DNA of 64,000 bases from Pontiella sp. (GCA_050290185.1 JBNKHE010000009.1:64001-128000); one strand, 5' to 3'. Positions 30,570-40,618 are shown, counted from the stretch's first letter. Made by a program: numbers and translations. The notes: generated from the sequence alone by a model not told the origin.

Positions 30570-32291
30570 TTAAATTCCGCTGGAGATGAACCCTTCTGGG
30601 TTCTTATGAAAGTCGCGGCCGTCGTAGACGGCGGGAACGATGCCGGTGCGGACGACGAAATCGCCGAATCCTTCACCTTTTTCGCGTTCCTTGGCGTATT
30701 GCGCGATGAGCGGTTCAAGCGTTTCGAGGATCTCTTCTTCGCCGATGTTTTCGCGGTAGAGCTTGTTCAGGCGCGTGCCTTTTCCGTCGCCGCCGAGCAG
30801 CAGATTGTATTTCCCCGGGGCCTTGCCGACAAAGGCGATTTCCGCCAGGAAGGGGCGGGCGCAGCCGTTCGGGCAGCCGGTCATGCGGATGACGATGGGC
30901 TGCTCGGAAAGGCCGTTCTTGTCGACGATCGCTTCGAGCTTGGTAATGAGGCTGGGAAGGTAACGCTCGGCCTCGGCCATGGCCAGGGTGCAGGTGGGCA
31001 GGGCGACGCAGGCCATGCTGTTTTGACGCAGCACGCTGACGTCGCGCAGCAAACCATGTTCGCGTGTCAGCTTTTCGATCTCGTCCTTTTTGCTCGTCTC
31101 CACCTGTGCCACGATCAGGTTCTGCGTGGCAGTCATGCGGAAGTCGCCACCGTGCAGGTCGGCAATTTTCAGCAATCCTTGCAGCATCTGCGGGCCGTCT
31201 TCATAATCGATGATGCGGCCCTGTTCGATGTACATCGTCAGGTTCCAGGTGCCGTCTGCGTTTTCGGTCCAGCCGAAGCGATCGGAATGCATGGTGAATT
31301 CATATGGAGCCGGCTCGGCAAATTTAACGCCGGAACGCTCTTCGACATGCTTCTTGAAGGTTTCCACACCCATGTCATCGATGGTGTATTTCAGACGGGC
31401 ATGCTTGCGATCGGTGCGGTCGCCGAAATCGCGCTGGGTGGTGACGATGGCTTCGGCCACCTTGCAGATATCTGCAGGCACGACGAAGCCGAGGTTTTTG
31501 GCGATCTGCGGATAGGTGGCGGTTTCGCCGTGGGTATTGCCCATGCCGCCGCCGGCGAGAATATCATATCCCTTGAGTTTGCCGTCTTCGACGATGGCGA
31601 CCAGGCTCAGGTCGTTGCCGTTGACATCCACATCGTTGTGCGGTGGAACGGCTACAGCAACCTTGAACTTGCGCGGGAGGTAGGTGTCTCCGTAGATCGG
31701 CTCCTTTTCCTCTTCGTAGTTGGCGATCTTCTCTTCGTCGAGCCAGATTTCGTGGTAGGCGCGGGTGCTCGGCAGCAGGTGGGTGCTGATGGCTACGGCA
31801 TCGGCATAAACCTGCTTGTGCAGGTCCGATTCCACCGGATTGGTGTTGCAGAGCACGTTGCGGTTGACGTCGCCGCAGGCGGCGATGGAGTCGATCATGG
31901 CCTTGTTGAGACGCTGGATCAGCGGCTTGACGTTGCGCTTGAGGATGCCGTGGTGCTGGAAGGTCTGGCGGGTGGTGAGGCGTAGGCCGCCGCCCGTCAG
32001 TTCCCGGGAGATGGCATCGATGGCTTTCCACTGCTCGGCGGTGATGACGCCGCCGGGGACGCGGGCGCGGAGCATGAAGCTGTAGAGCGGCTCCAGCTTC
32101 TGGTGGCGGCGCTCGTCGCGCAGGTCACGGTCGTCCTGTTGGTAGAAGCCGTGGAACTTGGTCAGTTGGGTGTCGTCGCCGTATAGGGCGCCGGTGGTGG
32201 CATCCTTCAATCCCTCTTCGATGGTTCCGCGCAAATGGCGGCTGCGGGCCTTGATGTGTTCGACTTCGGTCAGTTTCTTTTCGTCGTTCAT
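30570..32291 (-). CDS. cysI: Assimilatory sulfite reductase hemoprotein
   Basis: KFHGFYQQDDRD, RLTTRQTFQ, YLPRKFK, ACVALPTC.LAMAEAER, TGCPNGCARP. Confidence 0.97.
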   Translation of the reverse strand: MNDEKKLTEVEHIKARSRHLRGTIEEGLKDATTGALYGDDTQLTKFHGFYQQDDRDLRDERRHQKLEPLYSFMLRARVPGGVITAEQWKAIDAISRELTGGGLRLTTRQTFQHHGILKRNVKPLIQRLNKAMIDSIAACGDVNRNVLCNTNPVESDLHKQVYADAVAISTHLLPSTRAYHEIWLDEEKIANYEEEKEPIYGDTYLPRKFKVAVAVPPHNDVDVNGNDLSLVAIVEDGKLKGYDILAGGGMGNTHGETATYPQIAKNLGFVVPADICKVAEAIVTTQRDFGDRTDRKHARLKYTIDDMGVETFKKHVEERSGVKFAEPAPYEFTMHSDRFGWTENADGTWNLTMYIEQGRIIDYEDGPQMLQGLLKIADLHGGDFRMTATQNLIVAQVETSKKDEIEKLTREHGLLRDVSVLRQNSMACVALPTCTLAMAEAERYLPSLITKLEAIVDKNGLSEQPIVIRMTGCPNGCARPFLAEIAFVGKAPGKYNLLLGGDGKGTRLNKLYRENIGEEEILETLEPLIAQYAKEREKGEGFGDFVVRTGIVPAVYDGRDFHKNPEGFISSGI

Positions 32292-32303
32292 GGTAAACTC
32301 CTT

Positions 32304-32372
32304 TGATCGTGATCCGTGACGGTTGAGTCGTGATTGTTCCTCAGTCACGCCTCACGTTTCACTCTTCACGTT
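32304..32372. repeat. Heptamer-type tandem repeats in inverted arrangement
   Basis: CGTGA-type units followed by TCACGCC TCACGTT TCACTCT TCACGTT between cysJ and cysI. Confidence 0.5.
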
Positions 32373-34178
32373 TTAATATACATCTCGCTGGTAGCGTCCA
32401 TCCTTGTGGAGCTGGACCAGGTATTCCTCCGCTTCCTCGGGGGAGTGGCCTCCCTTTTCGACGATGACGTCGAGCAGGGCCTTGTGGACATCGTGTGCCA
32501 TGCGGCTTTCGTCGCCGCAGACATAGACATGCGCGCCGCGCTGGAGCCAGTTCCACAACTCCGAGGCCTGTTCGGCGATGCGGTGCTGGACATAGACCTT
32601 GTGGTCCTGGTCGCGCGAGAAGGCAAGGTCGATGCGGTTCAAAACTCCGTCGTTCAGGTATTCCTGCCACTCGGTCTGGTAGAGGAAATCCTCGGTAAAG
32701 TGCGGGTTGCCGAAGAATAGCCAGTTTTCGCCAGCGGATTCGGTGGCGGCGCGTTCCTGAATGAAGGCGCGGAACGGCGCGATTCCGGTTCCCGGTCCGA
32801 TCATGATGACCGGCTTGCTCGCATCTTCGGGCAGACGGAAGTTGTCGTTGGATTCCACATAGATCAGTACGTCTTCACCTTCCTTGAGACGATGGGCGAG
32901 GTAGCCAGTAGCGCCGCCGAGATGGTAGTGCCCGTGGGCCTCGTATTCCACCACGCCGAGGGTCAGGTGCACTTCCTCTTCCACTTCGCTCTGGCTGGAG
33001 GCGATGGAGTAGAGGCGCGGCGTCAGCTTGCGCAAGAGCCCGATGAAGGCCTGCGGGTCGATGGCGGCGGGATACTGCCGTACTACGTCGATGATCTGCC
33101 GGTCGTCGATATATTCGCGCAGGGTTTCGGTGGTTGAAGCTATTTTTCGCAACTCGTCGTTATCGGCGAGATCGGCGTATTCCAGTACGAAGGAAGGATG
33201 CAGCAGCGTCAGTTCGTAGACTTCAACCAGCGCTTCGTGGATCGTGCGGGGTTCGTCGTTGACGTGGACGGTTGCCTGCGGATCGATTTGCATCAGGCCA
33301 AGCAGTTCGGTCACCAGCTCCTCGTCGTTCTTGAACCAGATGCCCAGCGAGTCGCCCGGCAGATAGTTCAGGCCGGAGCCTTCCAGATCGATTTCGATGT
33401 GGCGGATATCCTTTTCGGAATAGCGGCCAGTGATCTTCTGGCAGTTGAGCAGGCGGGTCTTCAGCGGCTTCTTGCGGCTGTAGTGCGCGGTGGGTACTGC
33501 GCCGAATCCGCTAACGGATGAAGCCATCGCGGGGGCGCCGCCTTCGGGAATGATGGCTTTCATGGCGGCCACGGCCTTGGGAATCCAGGCTTCGGCGCCA
33601 TCGTCGAAATCGACATCCAGATCGACGCGGTCGAGAATGCGCTTTCCGCCCAGCTCTTCCAAACGGGCATCGAAATCCTTGCCGATCTTGCAGTAGAACT
33701 CGTAGCTACTGTCGCCGAGTGCCAGCACGGCATAGTGGAAGTCCTCAAGCTTCGGCGGCTTGTTGGAATGGATGTATTCGGCCAGCGCCAGTGCATCGTC
33801 CGGCGGATCGCCTTCGCCCTGGGTGCTTACGATGACCAGCGCATGCTTGAGCTTCTTGAGGTTCTTTTCCTTGAACTTGCCCATGGAGACCAGCTCGGTA
33901 TTCAGTCCGGCTTCCTTGGCGGCTTCGTTCAGCTCCTCGGCTACCGAGCGGGCGTGACCCGTCTGCGAGCCGTAGAGAATCGTGAGCACGTTGTCCGCTT
34001 CGCCGATCGGCATGCCGGCCGGCAATCCCTGGACCGAGCCTTGGGCGCTCAGGCCGGAAAAGTAGCCGCCGACCCAGGCCAGCTGGGAAGGGGATAGGGT
34101 TTGGGCCAGCTGGTTCAGCTGTGCAATCAGTTGGGGATCGAGCCCAGCACCGGTGGAATGTGTAGGTTGTGTTGACAT
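32373..34178 (-). CDS. cysJ: Assimilatory sulfite reductase flavoprotein
   Basis: QLAWVGGY, YGSQTG, STQGEGDPP, PRLYSIASS, GPGTGIAPFR, YVCGD, RYQRDVY. Confidence 0.97.
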   Translation of the reverse strand: MSTQPTHSTGAGLDPQLIAQLNQLAQTLSPSQLAWVGGYFSGLSAQGSVQGLPAGMPIGEADNVLTILYGSQTGHARSVAEELNEAAKEAGLNTELVSMGKFKEKNLKKLKHALVIVSTQGEGDPPDDALALAEYIHSNKPPKLEDFHYAVLALGDSSYEFYCKIGKDFDARLEELGGKRILDRVDLDVDFDDGAEAWIPKAVAAMKAIIPEGGAPAMASSVSGFGAVPTAHYSRKKPLKTRLLNCQKITGRYSEKDIRHIEIDLEGSGLNYLPGDSLGIWFKNDEELVTELLGLMQIDPQATVHVNDEPRTIHEALVEVYELTLLHPSFVLEYADLADNDELRKIASTTETLREYIDDRQIIDVVRQYPAAIDPQAFIGLLRKLTPRLYSIASSQSEVEEEVHLTLGVVEYEAHGHYHLGGATGYLAHRLKEGEDVLIYVESNDNFRLPEDASKPVIMIGPGTGIAPFRAFIQERAATESAGENWLFFGNPHFTEDFLYQTEWQEYLNDGVLNRIDLAFSRDQDHKVYVQHRIAEQASELWNWLQRGAHVYVCGDESRMAHDVHKALLDVIVEKGGHSPEEAEEYLVQLHKDGRYQRDVY

Positions 34179-34356
34179 TTTTCGCTAAATCCTTGTTTCT
34201 ATACCCTCGACGCGAGCGATTCATTTTTCCATGTTCCGCTGGCGTTTCTTAAATTGATGGCGGCGACAATACCCGATAAAGTGATCGTTTCAATCATATA
34301 ATTTACAAAACTGTACGTGATATACATGATTTAAATACCTACTAGAGTGTAAGCAA

Positions 34357-35145
34357 ATGCCTGAACCCAACCTAACCTGTGCCTATTCGTCCTGTCCAAA
34401 CGATACGTTTATCTTCTGCCAACTGGCGCAGGAAGCGGGTATCGACACCCATCTGCACGATGTAGAGACCCTCAATCGCTGGGCGTTCGAGGGAAAATTC
34501 GACGTCACCAAGCTTTCGTTTCATGCATGGCTGTTGGTGCAGGATTCCTATCAACTGCTTAATGTGGGGGCCGCACTTGGGCGTGGATGCGGGCCGTTGG
34601 TGATTAGCCAAGAGACTTGCGATTTGACGTCAAAGTCCGTGTTCGCCGTTCCCGGGGAATACACCACCGCCCATCTGCTGTTGCGCCTATGGCGTCCGGA
34701 TATCGAAAACCGCGTCTTCATGCCCTTTGATCACATCATGGACGCCGTTGCCGCCGGCGACGTCGATGCCGGGGTGATCATACACGAGGGGCGCTTTGTT
34801 TATCGGGAACGCGGCTTCCATTGCCTTCAGGATCTTGGAGAGTGGTGGGAAACGAAAACCGGCCAACCGATTCCGCTGGGTTGCATCGCCGCGAAAAAGA
34901 GTCTGGGTGTCGAGCGCATCGCAGCGTTTGAGCAACGCTTGAAGGCTTCAATCGAGTTTGCCTTCGGCTATCCGGATTCGACAAAGGAATATGTAAAGGC
35001 GCACGCACAGGAGCTATCCGAGGAAGTTACCCGCGAGCACATCAAAACCTACGTCAACGATTTTACCCTCGATCTCGGAGTCGAAGGTCGCGAAGCGATT
35101 GACCAATTACAGACAATGGCGAAGGCTGCAGGAGTTATTCGATGA
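34357..35145 (+). CDS. mqnD: 1,4-dihydroxy-6-naphthoate synthase
   Basis: YSSCPNDTFIF, DVETLN, GAALGRGCGP, PGEYTTA, IIHEGRF, DLGEWWE, PIPLG, YVNDFT. Confidence 0.92.
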   Translation: MPEPNLTCAYSSCPNDTFIFCQLAQEAGIDTHLHDVETLNRWAFEGKFDVTKLSFHAWLLVQDSYQLLNVGAALGRGCGPLVISQETCDLTSKSVFAVPGEYTTAHLLLRLWRPDIENRVFMPFDHIMDAVAAGDVDAGVIIHEGRFVYRERGFHCLQDLGEWWETKTGQPIPLGCIAAKKSLGVERIAAFEQRLKASIEFAFGYPDSTKEYVKAHAQELSEEVTREHIKTYVNDFTLDLGVEGREAIDQLQTMAKAAGVIR

Positions 35146-36527
35146 TCGGGATTTTGTTTGCAACGGAGATGGAGGCCAAGCCGTTTCTGGATCGGGGTGA
35201 GCCGGAAGGGACGGTAACGGTCATTTCCGGGATGGGGATGGAAGCGGCCCGTATTGCCACGGAACAGTTGATTGAGGAACATGGTTGCACAACCGTTATC
35301 AATGCGGGTGTTTGTGGTGCTTTGCATAACCGGCTCGAACGTGGCGCGGTCTACCGCGTCTCGATGGTCAGCACCGAAAACCTGAAAACCGCCGTCAATG
35401 TGGGCGTGGGAATTGGCCTGAAAAAACTGGTTACGGTAGAGGAACCGGTCTTTCAACCGGAGCGAAAACGCGAACTTTCGAAGCAGGGCGATCTCGTGGA
35501 CATGGAAGGCTATGCCGTGGCCCGCGTCTGCGAGGAACACAACGTCCCCTGTATCATGATCAAGGGCGTCACCGACTTCGGCGACCACAACGGCAAGGAA
35601 GATATCCAGAAGCATATCGACCCGGTTTCACAGACCGTGGCCGAGGCCATCATGATGTGTCTACAAAAGCCGGAACCCAAGAACGGTGAATCATCGACGT
35701 TGATGCAAAAACTCCATTCCTTCACCAAGGTGGAACATACGATCTTCAGCCTGCCGCTCTTGTTTGCCGGCGCGTGGCTGGGCGCCGGCGGCATGCCTTC
35801 GCTAAGATCATTGCTTTTAATTGCGTTGGTTGGGCTTGGCGCGCGCACCTTCGGCATGGCAATCAACCGCATCCTCGATAAGAATATCGACGCCAAGAAT
35901 CCGCGCACGAAAAACCGCGAACTGCCATCGGGCAAGCTTTCGATGGGGCAGGGCTATGCCGTGGCCATGGTCGGGATTGTCCTGTATTTCGTCGGATGCG
36001 CTTGGCTGGGCAGTGCCGTGCTGAAGCTATCATGGGCGCCTTTGATTCCACTTTCGCTCTATTCCCTGCTTAAACGCTTCACACCGCTATGCCACTACGG
36101 CATCGGGATCTGTTTGGCGACCGCTCCCTTGGGGGCGTTTGTTGCGGTGACCAACAGTCTGGCGTTCTCGCATGAAGTACTGTTGCTGTCGCTCTTTACC
36201 TTCTGCTGGATGAGCGGCTTCGACATCATCTACGCGCTTCTCGATATCGACTTTGACCGCGAGCATAGAATACGCAGTATCCCGGCCAAGCTCGGTGCCG
36301 GCGGAGCCCAGTTGGTAGCAGCCAGTACGCATCTGGTTTCCTTTGCCGCGCTGGTGCTGCTTTGGATGTCGGTCGGTGGTGCGTTGTCGTTTGTGGCGTT
36401 GCTGGTTTCGGCCACCGCCTTCGGCGCGGCCTACTTGCAGAGCATCCCGGTGCATGCTAGGTTCTTCCCAATCTCTGCCATCGTTGGCATCTTCGGCGCG
36501 CTGGTGGTTCTTTTAGGAGCTGGTTAA
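35142..36527 (+). CDS. Fusion: MTA/SAH-nucleosidase-family (MqnB-like) domain plus UbiA-family prenyltransferase (MqnP-like)
   Basis: N-terminal ATEME, SGMG, NAGVCG, VDMEG, KGVTD; C-terminal KVEHTIFSLP, NRILDKNIDAKNPRTKNRELP, GFDIIYALLD; one continuous frame. Confidence 0.88.
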   Translation: MIGILFATEMEAKPFLDRGEPEGTVTVISGMGMEAARIATEQLIEEHGCTTVINAGVCGALHNRLERGAVYRVSMVSTENLKTAVNVGVGIGLKKLVTVEEPVFQPERKRELSKQGDLVDMEGYAVARVCEEHNVPCIMIKGVTDFGDHNGKEDIQKHIDPVSQTVAEAIMMCLQKPEPKNGESSTLMQKLHSFTKVEHTIFSLPLLFAGAWLGAGGMPSLRSLLLIALVGLGARTFGMAINRILDKNIDAKNPRTKNRELPSGKLSMGQGYAVAMVGIVLYFVGCAWLGSAVLKLSWAPLIPLSLYSLLKRFTPLCHYGIGICLATAPLGAFVAVTNSLAFSHEVLLLSLFTFCWMSGFDIIYALLDIDFDREHRIRSIPAKLGAGGAQLVAASTHLVSFAALVLLWMSVGGALSFVALLVSATAFGAAYLQSIPVHARFFPISAIVGIFGALVVLLGAG

Positions 36528-37087
36528 TGAACTTGGTTGTGGCAATGACGGGCGCTTCGGGTGCGCTGGCGACGAAGCTGCTGGTGGAAAAATCGCAGTG
36601 GCCGGTGACGCTGGTGGCGAGCAAGATGGGACGATTCGTCTACGAACAGGAAGTCGGCCCATTCGCGGAACTCGAAGAAAAGGCTGCCGAAGTATGGAAG
36701 GATGCCGATCTGACGGCCACCATCGCATCCGGATCGGTGCCCACTGTGGGCATGGTAATCATGCCGTGCTCGGCCAACACGCTGGGTAAGGTGGCGTCTG
36801 GTATTGCGGACTCGCTGGTGACGCGCGCTACGCATTGTCAGCTCAAGGAAGGGCGCAAGGTCGTGCTCTGCGTCCGTGAAGCGCCGTGGACGTTGCTGAA
36901 TGCGCAAAACGCCGCTAACATTGCTGCTGCCGGTGGCACCATCATGCCTATGTCTCCGCCGTACTACATGGCAATCGGTCGCGATCCCAATTCCGTTTCC
37001 ATGGCTGAGATGCTCGGCTATTACGTTGATCACGTCCTCTCCCTCTTCGGCCAGGAAGCGCCGAAAACCTGGAAGGATATCCGCTGA
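36527..37087 (+). CDS. ubiX: Flavin prenyltransferase UbiX (MqnM role)
   Basis: AMTGASG, IASGS, PCSANTL, LKEGR.VVL..RE.P. Confidence 0.92.
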   Translation: MNLVVAMTGASGALATKLLVEKSQWPVTLVASKMGRFVYEQEVGPFAELEEKAAEVWKDADLTATIASGSVPTVGMVIMPCSANTLGKVASGIADSLVTRATHCQLKEGRKVVLCVREAPWTLLNAQNAANIAAAGGTIMPMSPPYYMAIGRDPNSVSMAEMLGYYVDHVLSLFGQEAPKTWKDIR

Positions 37088-37123
37088 GTTGTGGTTAGAG
37101 CGTATAAAATGTAGCCCTTCTGA

Positions 37124-37175
37124 TGGAGGGACGATGTCCTCATCGTCCGCGGACAACGAGGACGTTATCCCTCCA
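37124..37175. repeat. Paired REP-like elements (family 2) in inverted orientation
   Basis: TGGAGGGACGATGTCCTCATCGTCCG / CGGACAACGAGGACGTTATCCCTCCA between convergent ubiX and ubiD. Confidence 0.7.
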
Positions 37176-37216
37176 ATATGGTGAGGGCGCGGCTATGGCC
37201 CTCCTCTTACTAAGCT

Positions 37217-39025
37217 CTAGAACGCGATCCCGCTATCGGCCAGCAGTCGATCCACGCTGGCATTGACGGCCGGGTCTTCAATCAGCGGAGGGGCGTGGTG
37301 CGGCTTGAGGCGGGCGTCGATGATCAGCGGTCCCTTGCATCCCCAGTGCTTGAACCGGATCTGTTCCCCGACCCCGTGCACATCGTGCGACGGATTGGAG
37401 CGGGTGAAGGTGAGCCACAGGAAGTTGTCGAATTGTTCGGCGCAGAAGGCGGGATCATCGCACAGCACCACTAGCGGGAAGGTTCCGATTTCCGGTTGTT
37501 CCGACAGAGTGTTCGCGAGGGCTTCGATTTCAGCGCCAGCGGCATCATGATTCGAGAAGGCAGGGCCGGGAACCGCCAGAATGCCGGGGGCGACTACGGC
37601 GCCATCGATGGGCGGGAGCTGCGTGCCGAGGCGGCGCACAGGAGGTCCATTGGCGGCAAACACGACCTTGGATCCATGGTTCAGGGCCGTGCCGGAATAG
37701 TCGAGGGTATCGATGCTTGTTTCCGTCTGGAAGTGAAGGTCGCGCTCCCATTGGATGCGTTCGAGCAGGTGGGTGAAGAAGGCCGGGATGTCGTGGATGT
37801 CTAGATCCGGGTTGTCGGCTTCGTTGACGATGAATAGGTATTTGGCCAGCGAGAGTTGTCCCTTTCCGAGAATCGCGTTGGCCAGCGTGAGTATTTCCGA
37901 CGGACGGATGGTTTTCATGTAGGGAGTGTAGCGCTCCCGGCCAATGGCCAGCAGCAGCGGGTGGACCCCGGCGGCATCGACGGCATGTACGGCTTTGAGG
38001 CCCGGAATCTCGGCGGGGATGGCCGCGCCGGTCATGGCATGGATTATTTCACCGAAGGTGGTATCTTCTTGCGGAGGCCGACCGACGACCGTAAACGGCC
38101 AGATGGCGTCGCGTCGGTGGAAGACCTCTTCGACTTTCATGCAGGGAAAGAGGTGGTCCAGGCTGTAGTAGCCCAGATGATCGCCGAACGGACCCTCGCG
38201 TTTGAGCGTTTCGTCAATGGTTCCGAGAATGCAGAAGTCGGCCTCGGCCGCCACCGTCCACTCCCCATGGCGTGTGTATCGGAAACGCCGGCTGCCGAGC
38301 ACGCCTGCAAAAGCCGTCTCGGGCATGCCTTCCGGCAGGGGCATGACGGCCGCGAAACTCATGGATGGCGGACCCCCAATGAAGATGGCGACGCGGAACG
38401 GGCGGCCGCGGTCCTGATGCAGTTTCTGGTGTACACCGATGCCGCGGTGAATCTGGTAGTGCAGTCCCACCTCGCGGTCGGGTTTATATTCGTTGCCGGC
38501 CTGTTGGATACGGTACATGCCCAGATTGCTTTTCATCGGGTTGCCGGGATGGTCGGGGTGTTCGCTGTAGACCTGCGGCAACGTCACGAAAGGGCCTCCG
38601 TCATCGGGCCAACTGACGATTTGAGGAAGGTCCGAGAGCTTTGCCCGGCACTCCAGCACGGGTGCGCGGCGCGGCGGCACCCGTTTGGGCAATGCATGCA
38701 GCGCCGCCATGCCGGCGGAAATGGCATTCAGTGGTTGCTTCAGCAACTGGCCTGGATCGGCTTTTGCGCTCACCAGAGTGGTCACTTGGTCATAGGTGTC
38801 CGCAAAAAGCAGGCGCGCGCGTTCCGGTGTGCCGAACAGGTTTGAAATGCAGGGGAAGGCGCACCCTTTTACCCGTTCGAACAGGATGGCCGGTCCGCCT
38901 GCACGATAGGCGCGCCGTTGGATTTCCGCCATCTCCAGGTAGGGATCGACCTCGTCCCGGATCCGCAGCAGTTGACCGTGCCGCTCCAGTGCCTCGACGC
39001 ATTCGCGTGTACTTTTATAACCCAT
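37217..39025 (-). CDS. ubiD: UbiD family prFMN-dependent decarboxylase (MqnL role)
   Basis: SNLFGT.ER, WPDDGG.FVTLP, NLGMYR, EGPFGDHLGYY, VGRPPQED. Confidence 0.92.
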   Translation of the reverse strand: MGYKSTRECVEALERHGQLLRIRDEVDPYLEMAEIQRRAYRAGGPAILFERVKGCAFPCISNLFGTPERARLLFADTYDQVTTLVSAKADPGQLLKQPLNAISAGMAALHALPKRVPPRRAPVLECRAKLSDLPQIVSWPDDGGPFVTLPQVYSEHPDHPGNPMKSNLGMYRIQQAGNEYKPDREVGLHYQIHRGIGVHQKLHQDRGRPFRVAIFIGGPPSMSFAAVMPLPEGMPETAFAGVLGSRRFRYTRHGEWTVAAEADFCILGTIDETLKREGPFGDHLGYYSLDHLFPCMKVEEVFHRRDAIWPFTVVGRPPQEDTTFGEIIHAMTGAAIPAEIPGLKAVHAVDAAGVHPLLLAIGRERYTPYMKTIRPSEILTLANAILGKGQLSLAKYLFIVNEADNPDLDIHDIPAFFTHLLERIQWERDLHFQTETSIDTLDYSGTALNHGSKVVFAANGPPVRRLGTQLPPIDGAVVAPGILAVPGPAFSNHDAAGAEIEALANTLSEQPEIGTFPLVVLCDDPAFCAEQFDNFLWLTFTRSNPSHDVHGVGEQIRFKHWGCKGPLIIDARLKPHHAPPLIEDPAVNASVDRLLADSGIAF

Positions 39026-39148
39026 GATGCGCCGCATCCTACCGAATCGGGGGTTGTCCTTCCACTTCTTACGCAACAAACCGTCCACACCCCAATCGGT
39101 CATAGATCTTCGTTGCCTTTCCTGTAGTTGTTACGAATACTTGGGTGC

Positions 39149-39868
39149 ATGGATCGCAGTACAACAGATCGGGATACGCTGATATCCGCCGAGGAAAACC
39201 GCAAAATGTTTGATCGCATTGCGAAGAACTATGATGCGGCGAACCGGGCGATTTCGATGGGCATGGACCGCGGGTGGCGGCGCAAGACGGTCCGGCTGCT
39301 GAAACCGTTTCGCGGAGGCCGCTATCTGGATGTCGGTACGGGCACCGGCGATTTGGTTTTCGAAATTCTTGACCAGTCGGGGAATGTGCTGGTGGACGGA
39401 ATCGATCCGGCGGAACAGATGCTGGCCATTGCCCGCAGTAAGGCGGCTAAAAGGGATATTGGCGATGCGGTTAACTTTTTTGCCGGTGATGCGCTGAATC
39501 TGCCGATGGAGAGCGATACCTTCGATGGTATCGTTTCAGGGTTTTGTTTCCGCAATATTGAACGGCGTCAGAAGGCGCTGGAGGAGATGCGGCGGGTGCT
39601 CAAGCCGGGTGGCATGCTGGTGATTCTGGAGGCGACCTATCCCGAGAGCGCACTGATTCGTTTAGGGTACAAGCTATATGCGCCCATGGTTCCATTGATC
39701 GGGCGGATGCTGGGCGGCGGTTCGGCCTACAAATATCTGGTCGATTCGATCGAAGATTTCCCGAAGCCGGAAACGGTAACCGACATGTTCAGTGCTGCAG
39801 GATTTTCGCATGTGCAATATACACCGCTGACCTTTGGAACCGTGTGCATTTTTTCAGGGAAGAAATAA
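39149..39868 (+). CDS. menG: Demethylmenaquinone methyltransferase (UbiE/MenG)
   Basis: MFDRIA..YD..N...S.G.D..WR, LDVGTGTGD, RVLKPGG, YKYLVDSI..FP. Confidence 0.92.
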   Translation: MDRSTTDRDTLISAEENRKMFDRIAKNYDAANRAISMGMDRGWRRKTVRLLKPFRGGRYLDVGTGTGDLVFEILDQSGNVLVDGIDPAEQMLAIARSKAAKRDIGDAVNFFAGDALNLPMESDTFDGIVSGFCFRNIERRQKALEEMRRVLKPGGMLVILEATYPESALIRLGYKLYAPMVPLIGRMLGGGSAYKYLVDSIEDFPKPETVTDMFSAAGFSHVQYTPLTFGTVCIFSGKK

Positions 39869-39874
39869 CGGGAT

Positions 39875-40618
39875 ATGGCTAAAACCGAATTCATTTTTGC
39901 GGGGGCGCCGTACAGCAACTCGGCGCCGTTGGTGGATAAGCTGACGGAGGTCGATCCGCGTGTGCGGGTGATCAACGACCATCCGGCCAATCTGGTGCGC
40001 GACCTCAATGCCGGCAGGGCTGACGTCGCCCTGATCCCCGTGGCCCATCTTTTTGCGCACCCGGAGCTGACCATGCTGGAAGGGTTGGGTGTCGCCGCCG
40101 ACGGGCCGGTGCAGAGCGTGCTGCTCAAGTGCAACAAACCGATGGGGCAGATCAAAACCGTAGCGCGTGATCCGGCTTCAGCGACATCGAATGCATTGGC
40201 GACGCTGCTATTGAAGCGCTATTTCAAGCAGGATGTGGCGGTGGTCGATTTTGGCCATATTGAAACCCCGGATGCGGCCGTGGTGATAGGCGATCGAGCC
40301 CTGTGTGCCGAACCGGCTCCGGCCGGGGATATCGATCTGGGGGACGCATGGAAAAAATGGACCAAGTTGCCTTTTGTGTTTGCCGTATGGGCGGTCCGCG
40401 CTGAGTTTCCGGAAATCGAGACCGTCACGGAAATCACGCATAAAGCCTATGCCGAGGGTTTTCTCGCGGTCGAGTCAATTGCTACGCGGTACGTGGATCA
40501 GCTGGGCGGTTCGCTCGATTTCTGGGTCGATTACCTGGACAACTCAATTCACTACCGGCTCGATGAGCGGGATCTGGAGGGTATGGAGCTGTTTCGACGG
40601 TACTTATCCAAGCGGTAG
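39875..40618 (+). CDS. mqnA: Chorismate dehydratase (futalosine pathway)
   Basis: YSNSAPL, G.V.SV, SATS..L, VIGDRAL, DLG..W..WT.LPFVFAVW. Confidence 0.92.
   Translation: MAKTEFIFAGAPYSNSAPLVDKLTEVDPRVRVINDHPANLVRDLNAGRADVALIPVAHLFAHPELTMLEGLGVAADGPVQSVLLKCNKPMGQIKTVARDPASATSNALATLLLKRYFKQDVAVVDFGHIETPDAAVVIGDRALCAEPAPAGDIDLGDAWKKWTKLPFVFAVWAVRAEFPEIETVTEITHKAYAEGFLAVESIATRYVDQLGGSLDFWVDYLDNSIHYRLDERDLEGMELFRRYLSKR

Noticed and set aside
30567..31985. Long antisense ORFs (472 aa here; also 43200-44576, 55084-56172, 9231-10232, 47992-48960)
   Set aside because: Shadow frames of well-supported genes in GC-rich DNA, with no motifs
37217..39025. UbiD/UbiX as the missing decarboxylase of an archaeal-type modified mevalonate pathway
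   Set aside because: Both sit among mqnA/mqnD/menG, which explains them, and no AcnX-type dehydratase or isopentenyl phosphate kinase is in the window
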